Positions 1 to 8,607 of a stretch of DNA of 64,000 bases are shown one piece after another. The translations under genes were made by a program, and so were the position numbers. Below the pieces are notes generated by a model. The model was given only the letters and a program-made list of their open reading frames with translations, searched no databases and had not been told where the DNA came from. The stretch spans positions 46,254-110,253 of the forward strand of contig JANPIK010000015.1 in the NCBI GenBank assembly GCA_031424935.1, written 5' to 3'. The DNA comes from Polaromonas sp. GTDB taxonomy: Bacteria; Pseudomonadota; Gammaproteobacteria; Burkholderiales; Burkholderiaceae_C. The number at the start of each line of letters is the position of its first letter. Positions within the stretch are counted from its first letter, which is position 1.

Positions 1-1
1 C

Positions 2-367
2 ACCGACACCCTGCAAACGACCGCCGACCCCAGCCTGCCGGAAGAAATGCGCTGGCTGGCCATGTACCCCGAAGCCGGTTGGGACGCCCTAGCCCCGGAG
101 TTTTGGAAGCGGTATGCGGTCATGGCCGAAAAACGTGACCAGGCCCTGGCTTGGCTTAACCCGCAGCTGGCTGATCTGCTGATGAGCTGGCCAGAGCCCG
201 CACCCGACCATCAAGTGCCCTTTATGTTGATGATTTTGCGCGGCAAAGCCTACCTGCGCATGCAGTACACCCCCACAGACATCCCGACGCTTGACCATGC
301 CGCAAAAATCTTTATCTCTGCGTGCCAATCAGGTCTCTCGGGGCTGGCTGCTGATATTTTGGTGTGA
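2..367 (+). CDS. hypothetical protein, C-terminal fragment (gene begins upstream of the window)
   Basis: The frame is open from the window edge (TDTLQTTADPSLPEEMRW...) to the stop at 365-367. The ATG at 47 is probably internal. No family recognised. Confidence 0.4.
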   Translation, partial: TDTLQTTADPSLPEEMRWLAMYPEAGWDALAPEFWKRYAVMAEKRDQALAWLNPQLADLLMSWPEPAPDHQVPFMLMILRGKAYLRMQYTPTDIPTLDHAAKIFISACQSGLSGLAADILV

Positions 368-450
368 TGTCGACGGTTTCAGCCCTGCCCAGACGCTTAA
401 GCATGTTTTAAGGCTGTGGCCCAAGAAAAACGTGCGCAGCGCGCTATTTG

Positions 451-1758
451 TTATGGAGCAAACGGGAGTCGCACACAGGCACGAAGCCCTGGATTTGCGT
501 TGTCTACCGTCAGCGCCCCACCGTGTGCCTCAGCCACCAGGCGGCACAAGTACAGCCCTAAGCCAACCCCGCCAGTGCTGCGTTGGCGGGCGGCGTCTGG
601 CCTAAAAAACGCCTGGCCTAGGTGCACTAACTGCGCATGAGGCACGCCTGGGCCGTGGTCGCGTACCCTCAGTTCAATCAAATTACCCGTGCGGCTCAGG
701 CTGACTTCAATCGGCTGATGTGCCGCCTGACCATGACGCTGTGCGTTGCCAACCAGATTGCGCAGCAGCAGCTTGAAACGGGCTCTGTCCAGCGACAACG
801 CAGGCAAGTTAGCTTCAATTTTGAGAGCAATGGGTATGCTGCTCTGCAGCTCCTCAATTGCCTTTTGCAGCAACTCACCTGGGTCGGTGGTTTCTAAATT
901 CAAAATCGCGTGTTGTCCGCTCAGGCGTTCGCTTTCTAACAGGTCAGTGATCAAATGCGTCATTTCGGCCAGATCGCGCAGCAGCGCTTGCCTGGGCTGC
1001 TCAACATCGGCAGATTCGGGCAGCAACTCGGTATTTAGCCGGGCGCGGGTGAGGGGAGAGCGCAGTTCGTGGCTGATGGCCAGCAGCAGGCCGCGCTTGG
1101 CGTCCAGCATCTGGGTGATTTCTTGGCCCATGGTGTTGATTTGCCGCGCCAGGTCGCCCAGTTCGTCTCTTCTACGTACACGGATAGGTTGGCTGAAGTT
1201 ACCTGCGCCAAAGCGTTGCACACCCGCGCCAATGTCATCCAGCGGCTTGAACAACCTGCGTACATAGGCAAACGCCAGCGCCGTCAACCCCAGCAGCATG
1301 GCCAGCGTGAGCCAACCGACCATGCCGGGGCCGCGTCGCCATTCCATGTTGCCGAGCCAGAAAGTGATGGTGTGACCGTCGGCGGTTTTGCGTTTTAAAA
1401 AGTCTGACCGCATCTCGGAAGCATCGTTGCCACCTTGCCATTTGTCTTGCGGGCGTTGAGGGTGCGAATCGAATGAGGTGGTCGGCCCTTCAATCCGCAC
1501 TGAAATCGGCAGGCGCTCTACCAGCGCTTTGGCTTTTTGCGCATCTGGCGGCGAACCCATGTCCACTGCCAGGCGATCAACATAGTCCGTCAGCAGTGGC
1601 TTGACAGCTTCGCGCCAGCCGGTTGAAAACGCTTTTTTCGTACCGCCAATAAAAGCCGCGCTCATGGCCAATGCCAACAGCAAAAAAAGCAGCAACAACC
1701 GAAGGCGCAGTGAATGGCCCAAGCGGTGCAACCAGCTTTTAGAGGTGTTTTGCTTCAC
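451..1758 (-). CDS. two-component sensor histidine kinase (two TM segments, HAMP, HisKA, HATPase)
   Basis: H-box ISHELRSPLTRARLNTELL, N-box GNAQRHG, G1 DHGPGVP, G2 GGVGLGLYLCRLVAEAHGG. HAMP-like segment VRRLFKPLDDIGAGVQRFGAGNF. GTG start overlaps the regulator stop by 4 nt (GTGA). Confidence 0.9.
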   Translation of the reverse strand: MKQNTSKSWLHRLGHSLRLRLLLLFLLLALAMSAAFIGGTKKAFSTGWREAVKPLLTDYVDRLAVDMGSPPDAQKAKALVERLPISVRIEGPTTSFDSHPQRPQDKWQGGNDASEMRSDFLKRKTADGHTITFWLGNMEWRRGPGMVGWLTLAMLLGLTALAFAYVRRLFKPLDDIGAGVQRFGAGNFSQPIRVRRRDELGDLARQINTMGQEITQMLDAKRGLLLAISHELRSPLTRARLNTELLPESADVEQPRQALLRDLAEMTHLITDLLESERLSGQHAILNLETTDPGELLQKAIEELQSSIPIALKIEANLPALSLDRARFKLLLRNLVGNAQRHGQAAHQPIEVSLSRTGNLIELRVRDHGPGVPHAQLVHLGQAFFRPDAARQRSTGGVGLGLYLCRLVAEAHGGALTVDNANPGLRACVRLPFAP

Positions 1759-2450
1759 GATGCAGCCCTGCCCACAGCCAGTGAATAGCCGGCATTGCGC
1801 AGCGTCTTGATGCAGTCCAGGGGTTCGAGCTTTTTGCGCAGGCGGCTGACCACGATGTCTACCGAGCGGCTGAACAAATCAGCCTCGTGGCCGCGCAGGT
1901 GGTTCAAAATATCGTCTCTAGAGAAGACTTTGCCTGGCGTGCCAGCCAGCAGCCTGAGCAGGGCGTATTCAGTGCCTGTCAAGGTCACAGTTTGGCCGTG
2001 GCGTAGCACCGCGTGGGTGTCTAAATCAATCTCCAAGCCGTCAAAAGCCAGGCGCTGCTGCGCTGTAGGCAGTCTGCGGCGGCGCAGCACGGTTTGCAGC
2101 CGCGCCACCAGCTCACGCGGCTCAAATGGTTTGGGCAAATAGTCGTCAGCGCCCAGTTCCAGTCCCACCACTCGGTCCATCACCTCGCCGCGTGCGGTCA
2201 GCATGATGATGGGGATATCGCTTGTCTTGCGGATGGTGCGACACAGCTCAAAACCGTCCATTTCGGGCAGCATCACGTCCAGAATCACAGCGTCAAAGCC
2301 GCCACTGCTCAGCTTGGTCAGGCCAAGGCTTGGGCGACTGGCGCTTTCAAGCAGCAAATCAAAGCGTTTGAAGTACACCGCCAAAGGCGCGGACAGCTGC
2401 TCGTCGTCGTCAATCAGCAGAATTTTGGACATGCTGCATTTTGTCGTCAT
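1755..2450 (-). CDS. OmpR/CpxR-family response regulator
   Basis: Receiver motifs ILLIDDDE, DAVILDVMLPEMDG, LTARG, KPF. Winged-helix C-terminus LTGTEYALLRLL...VDIVVSRLRKKLE. An alternative start at 2432 (MSKILLIDDD) is possible. Confidence 0.9.
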   Translation of the reverse strand: MTTKCSMSKILLIDDDEQLSAPLAVYFKRFDLLLESASRPSLGLTKLSSGGFDAVILDVMLPEMDGFELCRTIRKTSDIPIIMLTARGEVMDRVVGLELGADDYLPKPFEPRELVARLQTVLRRRRLPTAQQRLAFDGLEIDLDTHAVLRHGQTVTLTGTEYALLRLLAGTPGKVFSRDDILNHLRGHEADLFSRSVDIVVSRLRKKLEPLDCIKTLRNAGYSLAVGRAAS

Positions 2451-2456
2451 TTGTGC

Positions 2457-2552
2457 CTACCAAGGGTCACGGTTTCGGGAGAGATAAATCCCCACCCCCA
2501 CCGCAATCAAGGCGGCCACTGCGCCTATGCCGACACCGATGAGGTCAACCAC
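2457..2552 (-). CDS. candidate 31-aa single-pass membrane peptide (below the ORF-track size cutoff)
   Basis: My own translation gives (GTG)VDLIGVGIGAVAALIAVGVGIYLSRNRDPW-TAG. AAGG lies 5 nt upstream of the GTG. The ORF fills the gap between the cpxP-like stop (2545) and the regulator start (2450), overlapping the former by 8 nt. Confidence 0.3.
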   Translation of the reverse strand: MVDLIGVGIGAVAALIAVGVGIYLSRNRDPW

Positions 2553-3003
2553 GCCAGCCTTTGCGGCGCTGCATCAGGTCGCGTACTTGCTGTTGCTGCG
2601 CTGGGTTCAGACTGTCGTAAAAGTCAGCGGCAGCGGCAATCACCTCAGGGCTTTTGCTGCGCAGAGCGCCGGTTTTTTCTTCAACCAGGGCTTGGGCCTT
2701 GGCCTTGTCGAGCGTGGTGCCTGCTACCAAGCTTTGCAGCTCGGCACGCGGGTCTATGGTTTTGCCGATCAAAGCGGTGCGCTGCTCACGCAGCTTGTCG
2801 CCCAGCACGCTCAAACGCTGCTTTTGCGCCTCGTTCAAATCCAGCTTTTTACCGGCATATTCAACCATTTTGGTTTGCTTGGCCGCGATGTCGGCGTCCG
2901 TCATCTTGGCGCCATGCCGGCCACCCGAGCAGGCAGACAGCGAGCCAATCACCAGTGTGGCACCCAGGGCGGTAGCCAATGTTCGTTTGATCCAGAGTTT
3001 CAT
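2545..3003 (-). CDS. Spy/CpxP-family periplasmic chaperone/stress protein (lipoprotein-type signal)
   Basis: Signal peptide ending LSAC. Two LTXXQ-type motifs (LNEAQKQRL, LNPAQQQQV). Helical K/Q/E-rich sequence, 152 aa. Confidence 0.75.
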   Translation of the reverse strand: MKLWIKRTLATALGATLVIGSLSACSGGRHGAKMTDADIAAKQTKMVEYAGKKLDLNEAQKQRLSVLGDKLREQRTALIGKTIDPRAELQSLVAGTTLDKAKAQALVEEKTGALRSKSPEVIAAAADFYDSLNPAQQQQVRDLMQRRKGWRG

Positions 3004-3129
3004 GATGCGTCCTTTGAAGGCGTTGTTAAGAAGCCTTGATGGTGCCCGGCGGGCGCATATAAATCTTGTCGGGGCGATGGCGAAATGTTTCGGTTTATTT
3101 CAGGGCATCACTAGCTTGTTGGGACAGGC

Positions 3130-3477
3130 TCAAGCCGCCTCAAGCAAAAACTCAACCTTCACCGCCTCAAACGGAAACACGATCCCGCCGCTTTGGTCGC
3201 GGTCAATTACGCCAGCGGTGAGCAGGGCTGTGATGTCGGCATGTACCGCCTTCACGTCACGCTCAACCCTGCGGGCGGCTTCGCGTATCGACATGGGGCC
3301 CGCGCCGCATAAGGCTTTCAACAGTTCCCAGCGTTTGGCAGTTAACACTTGCCATAGCAGCTCTGGCGTGGCGAAGGCAATGCGGGTGTTGCGTTCGGAC
3401 TTGCCTGACTTCCATGCCTGCGCAAAGCCGGCCATGGACTTGTTGGGCGAGCTGACTTCAAGAATGACTGTTTTCAT
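3130..3477 (-). CDS. HTH DNA-binding protein, putative TumA-like antitoxin
   Basis: 115 aa with a winged-HTH-like core (RWELLKALCGAGPMSIREAARRVERDVKAVHADITALLTAGVI). Its start overlaps the upstream DUF6516-like gene by 20 nt. Confidence 0.6.
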   Translation of the reverse strand: MKTVILEVSSPNKSMAGFAQAWKSGKSERNTRIAFATPELLWQVLTAKRWELLKALCGAGPMSIREAARRVERDVKAVHADITALLTAGVIDRDQSGGIVFPFEAVKVEFLLEAA

Positions 3478-3790
3478 GGTTCCACCTTGCTATGTCTTTT
3501 TGAAAATCTGCGATCAACATGTCAGGAGAGGCGAACTTGTAGTTGATTCCCAGCGAGCCGAAGTGCCGATGATCGCCTTTACCAACCTCGTTGTCGTAAC
3601 GCACGACGCATACTTCGTTAACAACGTAGGCCAGCCGATACTTGTAATCGTGTTCAGAGCCCGCAACGGGCTTGGGTACCTGCCAAACGACCAATTCTGC
3701 AAAAGTGCTGGGCGAGTAAACGATGCGTCTTCGCGCCATCAAGGATGCCTTCATGTTGGAGATTATGACAACAGGCTGGCGTGTTGTCAA
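3458..3790 (-). CDS. DUF6516/TumE-like putative toxin
   Basis: 110 aa. The motifs WQVPKPVAGSEHDYKYRLAYV and YDNEVGKGDHRH match my recollection of the DUF6516 (TumE) family. The start may be the internal MKASL at 3754. Confidence 0.55.
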   Translation of the reverse strand: MTTRQPVVIISNMKASLMARRRIVYSPSTFAELVVWQVPKPVAGSEHDYKYRLAYVVNEVCVVRYDNEVGKGDHRHFGSLGINYKFASPDMLIADFQKDIARWNHENSHS

Positions 3791-3829
3791 TTACTCCAAC
3801 AACGCTTGGTGCCACTATCACTGTGCCAT

Positions 3830-4954
3830 TCAGGCGGGGCTGAGCAAACCATCCACCGCCTGAAACATCGATTGGCGCGCTTGGCTGATGATCTGGCCGC
3901 GCCAGAGGTCTGTGTCTGTGTAAAACGCCGCCAGCATTTGCGCTTTGATCTGCTGTGCTAGGTCTGCGGGTGCCTCAGGGTGGTTGTTCAGCCAATGCTC
4001 GGCGCGCAGGGCGGTGATCACGTCTAGCACGGGCACGGTGCCGTACTCCATCGCGATGCCGGTGTACTCGGCTTGGGGTGCTTCTTGGGCGATAGCGTGC
4101 CACATCAGGCCGGTTAAAAATGCGGATGTCGATGAGCCGTCGTAAATTGAGGTGATGGGCGTCGCAGCGTTGCCGTCTTTGCCACCACCCCACCAAGCGC
4201 GTGCGCGGGCAATGGCTGCAGCGTCGTTTTTACCGGCCCAGATTCGCTCGCCATGGCCGCTGGGGCCCAGGCCAGTGTGCAGGTCTATCCAGGCAACATG
4301 CTTGGCTTGGCTTGCATGCTGACGCAGAACGGCGCGAAGGGTTTGGTTGCTCCACGTCGGGCTGGTACCGCCGTAAAACAGGCCGTCGGCAAACTCGTGC
4401 TGGCCCTGAGTAATGGCTGATTGGTAAGCGGCTTGACCGTTGGCTGCTATGAAATTTGCAATGGCTGCTTGATTGGCAGCGTCCGGCGGCCACTGCTCGG
4501 GCAGGATCAGCGGGTGTAATGCTCGGTAGGCAGCGTTAACGGTTGAAGAGGGCAGCGGCTGGCTAAAGTCTTGAAAGTTACGGTTCAAGTCGACGTTTTC
4601 GTGGGTGGTGCGGCGGATGTGAGAAAAGCCGTACGGGTTGAGCGCATGGATGTACAAAACCGCTGTGCCAGAGGCGCGGGATTTTTCCAGCCACTCGGCA
4701 TCGTACAGCGCATGCACCTGCACGCCACTGCCGCAATAGCCTTCTACGCCGTGGCAGGCGCTGCTGACAGTGAGCAGATTCTCAGCATCCAGCGGGCCAT
4801 CACGCGCCACGTCCATGGCTAAATCTTCACCATCCCGCCCCTTGAGCGGGTGGGCGTGCGACTGAACCGGCAAGCCAGCGATGGCCGCAGCCTCTAAAAA
4901 TTTGACTCTGGCCTGCGCGTAGCTGCTGGAGAAGGCGTTTGGGATAGAAATCAT
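3830..4954 (-). CDS. DUF2817-type M14 family metallopeptidase-like protein
   Basis: 374 aa. N-terminus FSSSYAQARVKFLEAAA followed by HGVEGYCGSG. The architecture resembles succinylglutamate desuccinylase/aspartoacylase-like M14 proteins. Confidence 0.6.
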   Translation of the reverse strand: MISIPNAFSSSYAQARVKFLEAAAIAGLPVQSHAHPLKGRDGEDLAMDVARDGPLDAENLLTVSSACHGVEGYCGSGVQVHALYDAEWLEKSRASGTAVLYIHALNPYGFSHIRRTTHENVDLNRNFQDFSQPLPSSTVNAAYRALHPLILPEQWPPDAANQAAIANFIAANGQAAYQSAITQGQHEFADGLFYGGTSPTWSNQTLRAVLRQHASQAKHVAWIDLHTGLGPSGHGERIWAGKNDAAAIARARAWWGGGKDGNAATPITSIYDGSSTSAFLTGLMWHAIAQEAPQAEYTGIAMEYGTVPVLDVITALRAEHWLNNHPEAPADLAQQIKAQMLAAFYTDTDLWRGQIISQARQSMFQAVDGLLSPA

Positions 4955-4975
4955 GTATTTTTACCTATAAAAAAA

Positions 4976-5027
4976 GGCCTTTAGCCCAATGATTACGGGG
5001 GCAAGCAGCTTCTGAATGAATAGCAGG
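4976..5027 (-). repeat. REP-like dispersed intergenic repeat, copy A
   Basis: ggcctttagcccaatgattacgggggcaagcagcttctgaatgaatagcagg. Its reverse complement aligns with copies B and C (gctatt...agctgcttgc...cgtaat..attgggct..ggcc). Confidence 0.7.
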
Positions 5028-5037
5028 TCAATGGCTA

Positions 5038-5925
5038 CTAGTGGTCGTCACGAATCCGCATAAAACTGGCAAAGCGCGGGATGCCGCTGTCGTTCAAGCC
5101 GCGGTAGCGGTAGGTGACCTGGCTGCCCACTGCCGGCGGGTTTTGCCGCTGCGCATCACTAAAACCTGTGCCCAGCTTAAATCGTTTAGCGGTTTTACCG
5201 TCTGCGGCAGGTATTTCAACCAGCAGCGCACCCAACTGCCCCGCGTATTTGCCTTTGCCGGGGATGTGCGCCACGACTTTTGCCTCGGCGTCGTCATGGG
5301 TTTTGACTTTGAGCAAGTCGTCATTGCGCACGCCTTTGTACAGCGCGCTACCCCGGTGCAGCATGAGGCCTTCAGCCCCAAGCTTGGTGATTTGCTTGAG
5401 CTGGTTTTGCAGGGCGGCGTGGCTGGCGACTTTGCTTTGGGGCACGGCCTGCACCCAGGCTACGGACAGTTTGTCAACAACGCTGTTCAGGGTTGAAAGT
5501 CGTTCAGTAAACGGCCCTGGTTCAGCAGGCAAGTCAAACACCATGAACTTGATGCCGCGCCATGCGGCGTCATCAGGGTTTTGCTGCCGAACGGTTGATA
5601 CGGCCTTTTGAAACTGCCCGCGCCCCGCCCAGAGTTCACCGTCCATCGGCATGGTGGGCCAGTTGGCGGTGAACCAAGCAGGGGCGTTGATGGGCTGGCC
5701 GCCTCGGGTTTGCAGCTTTTGCCCGTCCCAATAGCCACGCACGCCGTCGTACTTTTCACTGACCCAATACTCGTCCAGGGAAATGCCAGGGCGATACAGG
5801 TTGGCCAGCATCAGCGTCGGCTTGACATCTGTAGCCCTGGCAACCGGTATGGCGCCGCAGGCAAATGCTACCACCACAGCAACCGCGATGCTATGCTTTA
5901 TGTAGCTGCTGGCTTTTGTAATCAT
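5038..5925 (-). CDS. ATP-dependent DNA ligase, minimal Lig E type with N-terminal signal peptide
   Basis: Adenylation motif I SEKYDGVRGYWDG. Length about 295 aa with no extra DNA-binding domain. N-terminus IAVAVVVAFACGAIPVARA looks like a Sec signal. C-terminus PRFASFMRIRDD. Confidence 0.85.
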   Translation of the reverse strand: MITKASSYIKHSIAVAVVVAFACGAIPVARATDVKPTLMLANLYRPGISLDEYWVSEKYDGVRGYWDGQKLQTRGGQPINAPAWFTANWPTMPMDGELWAGRGQFQKAVSTVRQQNPDDAAWRGIKFMVFDLPAEPGPFTERLSTLNSVVDKLSVAWVQAVPQSKVASHAALQNQLKQITKLGAEGLMLHRGSALYKGVRNDDLLKVKTHDDAEAKVVAHIPGKGKYAGQLGALLVEIPAADGKTAKRFKLGTGFSDAQRQNPPAVGSQVTYRYRGLNDSGIPRFASFMRIRDDH

Positions 5926-5983
5926 TGGGCGAGGGGTGAATTTGATGGGTATACAGGTGAGTATATGGGTGAGTATTCAATGC

Positions 5984-6772
5984 TTAAATGGTTTCAGCAA
6001 TCCCGCCTACTACTTGGCTAAAGCCACCATCCACGTAGGTAATCTCGCCCGTGACACCGCTGGCCAAATCGCTCATCAAGAACGCCGCCACATTACCGAC
6101 TTCTTCAATCGTCACATTGCGGCGCATCGGCGCGGCAGCGGCAACAGCGCCCAGGATTTTGCTAAAGCCCGCAATGCCGCTGGCGGCCAAGGTTTTGATC
6201 GGCCCGGCGCTGATGCCGTTGACGCGGATGTTTTTAGGGCCCAACGATTCAGCCGTGTAACGCACAGACGCCTCCAGGCTGGCCTTGGCCAAGCCCATGG
6301 TGTTGTAGTTGGGCAGCACGCGCAGTGCGCCCAGGTAGGTCAGCGTCAGCAGGGCTGACTTGTCGTTCAGGTAGGGTAGGGCGGCCTTGGCCATGGCCGG
6401 GAAGCTGTAGGCGCTGATGTCGTGGGCGATTTTGAAGCCCTCGCGCGACAGGCCTTCCAGAAAGTCGCCTGAAATCGCTTCTTTGGGCGCAAAGCCAATG
6501 CTGTGCACAAAGCCGTCAAACTTGGGCCAGACTTTAGCCAGATCGGTAAAAAGCTGGGTGATCTGCTCGTCGCTGCCCACGTCGCAGTCAAAAATCAGCG
6601 TCGAGTCAAAGTCCGCAGCAAACTCGGTGATGCGCGCCTTGAAGCGTTCGCCCACATAGGCAAAAGCCAGTTCAGCCCCTTGCGCCTTGCAGGCCTTGGC
6701 GATGCCGTAGGCAATTGAGCGGTTGCTCAGCACGCCAGTGATCAATAATTTTTTGCCGGTTAAAAAGCCCAT
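5984..6772 (-). CDS. fabI: enoyl-[acyl-carrier-protein] reductase (NADH) FabI
   Basis: [27 protein letters not shown]... and [15 protein letters not shown] motifs. The start is trimmed to the ATG at 6772 (the track ORF extends to 6850). Confidence 0.92.
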   Translation of the reverse strand: MGFLTGKKLLITGVLSNRSIAYGIAKACKAQGAELAFAYVGERFKARITEFAADFDSTLIFDCDVGSDEQITQLFTDLAKVWPKFDGFVHSIGFAPKEAISGDFLEGLSREGFKIAHDISAYSFPAMAKAALPYLNDKSALLTLTYLGALRVLPNYNTMGLAKASLEASVRYTAESLGPKNIRVNGISAGPIKTLAASGIAGFSKILGAVAAAAPMRRNVTIEEVGNVAAFLMSDLASGVTGEITYVDGGFSQVVGGIAETI

Positions 6773-6794
6773 GGCGCAATCCTTGTGAAAAATC

Positions 6795-8606
6795 TTGCAG
6801 AATTGTGACATGCGCGTGCTGTTGATGATCGCTGTGTTGATGGTGTCCAAAATGACTTGGGCCGCGCATGCTTACGCCCAGTTCGGCGACGTCAAGTACG
6901 CACCCGGTTTTACCCATTTCAGCTACGTCAATCCGGCTGCACCCAAGGGCGGCGAGATCCGCATGGTGCCGCCGACCCGCCCTACCAACTTTGACAAGTT
7001 CAACCCGTTTACATTACGCGGCACGGCCCCGTACAGCATTGGCAGCCTGCTGGTTGAAAGCCTGCTGGTCGGTAATTCTGAAGAGCCGACCACGGCCTAC
7101 GGTTTGCTGGCCGAAGACGTTGAGGTGGCAGCAGACAAGCTGTCAGCCACCTTCAGGCTGAACGCAAAAGCGAAGTTTCACGATGGCTCGCCTGTACTGG
7201 CCGCAGACGTACTGCATTCGTACACTCAACTCGTCAGCAAACTGGCCGCGCCGCAGTTTCGCACCATTTATGCTGAAGTTAAGGGCGTCGTGGTGGTCAG
7301 TGAGCGGGTGGTGCGCTTTGACTTTGCCACGCCCAACCCAGAGCTGCCGCTGGTGGTGGGCGGCATGCCGGTGTTTAGCAGCAAATGGGGTGGCGGTAAA
7401 CCGTTCGACAAAATCGTGACCGACATACCGATTGGCTCTGGCCCCTACAAACTGCCCAACGACAAGATGGGCCGAGACATCACTTATGTGCGAGACGCCA
7501 ACTACTGGGCGGCGGACTTGCCCACGCGCAAAGGCCAGTTCAACTTTGACCGCATCACCTTCAAAATTTACCTGGACGAGACCTCGCGTTTTGAGGGACT
7601 AAAGGCCGGTGAATACGACTTCATGCGCGAATTTATCTCGCGCAACTGGGCGCGGCAGTACACGGGCAAACAGTTCACGTCGGGCGAGCTGGTCAAGCGC
7701 GCCTTTGAAAACCGCAACCCCGGCGACTTTCAGGGTTATGTGTTTAACCTGCGCAAACCGAAATTTCAAGACGTTCGCGTCAGGCAGGCGATTGGCCTGG
7801 CGCTCGATTTTGAATGGATGAATCGCCAGTTGTTTTACGGCATTTACAAGCGCGTCAACGGCTACTTTCCGAACAGCGAATTTCATGCTGAAGGCTTGCC
7901 CAAACCCGACGAGCTGGCTCTGCTGGAGCCGTTGCGCGATAAATTAAAGCCCGAGGTTTTTGGCCCCGCACACGTAGGCGCCAGCACCGCACCGCCCGGC
8001 AGCTTGCGCGACAACTTGCGCAAAGCCCAGGCACTGCTCAAAGATGCTGGCTGGGAATACAAGGACGGCGCGCTACGCAACGCCAAAGGCGAGGCCTTCA
8101 CCATGGAGTTTTTAAGCGACCAGCCGTCGTTGATCCGGGTGGTGGGGCCCTTTCAAAAAGCGCTCGAAAAGCTGGGCATTAGCTTGCAATACCGGGTGGT
8201 GGACTTTTCACTGAGCAAGCAAAAAATGGACGCGTTTGACTTTGAATTAACCACCACACGCTTGCCAGGCTCTACCGCGCCGGGTGGCGAACTGATTGAA
8301 CGGTTTGGCTCGGAAGCCGCGAAAACACCCGGCTCATCCAACGTCTGGGGCATTGCAGACCCGGCGGTCGATGCGCTGCTGCAAAAAATAGTCACAGCCA
8401 CGACGCGGCCAGAACTGTCTGCCGCTACCCGCGCGCTAGACCGGGTGCTGACGCATGGTCACTACTCGGTACCGCAGTATTACGGTGATGCGTTTTTGAT
8501 TGGCTACCGACCCGGGCAGTTTGTGTTGCCGCCAACCATTCCCCCGTATTACGACGCTGGTAACTGGGCGATGTCGACCTGGTGGCCGTCAGCTAAAAAT
8601 AAATAA
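6795..8606 (+). CDS. yejA: ABC transporter substrate-binding protein, family 5 (YejA-like peptide/microcin C type)
   Basis: About 600 aa periplasmic binding protein with signal peptide [23 protein letters not shown]. First gene of a yejABEF-like operon. The start could be 6810. Confidence 0.8.
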   Translation: MQNCDMRVLLMIAVLMVSKMTWAAHAYAQFGDVKYAPGFTHFSYVNPAAPKGGEIRMVPPTRPTNFDKFNPFTLRGTAPYSIGSLLVESLLVGNSEEPTTAYGLLAEDVEVAADKLSATFRLNAKAKFHDGSPVLAADVLHSYTQLVSKLAAPQFRTIYAEVKGVVVVSERVVRFDFATPNPELPLVVGGMPVFSSKWGGGKPFDKIVTDIPIGSGPYKLPNDKMGRDITYVRDANYWAADLPTRKGQFNFDRITFKIYLDETSRFEGLKAGEYDFMREFISRNWARQYTGKQFTSGELVKRAFENRNPGDFQGYVFNLRKPKFQDVRVRQAIGLALDFEWMNRQLFYGIYKRVNGYFPNSEFHAEGLPKPDELALLEPLRDKLKPEVFGPAHVGASTAPPGSLRDNLRKAQALLKDAGWEYKDGALRNAKGEAFTMEFLSDQPSLIRVVGPFQKALEKLGISLQYRVVDFSLSKQKMDAFDFELTTTRLPGSTAPGGELIERFGSEAAKTPGSSNVWGIADPAVDALLQKIVTATTRPELSAATRALDRVLTHGHYSVPQYYGDAFLIGYRPGQFVLPPTIPPYYDAGNWAMSTWWPSAKNK

Positions 8607-8607
8607 T

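Noticed and set aside
2654-3961. A 435-aa plus-strand ORF, together with 2094-2975 and many other long ORFs lying antisense to called genes (for example 746-1267, 10068-10613, 16592-17327, 30379-31074, 56593-57246).
   Set aside because: They run antisense across several independent, motif-supported genes and have Arg/Ala/Ser/Pro-rich low-complexity translations with no recognisable motifs. These are typical shadow ORFs of GC-rich DNA.
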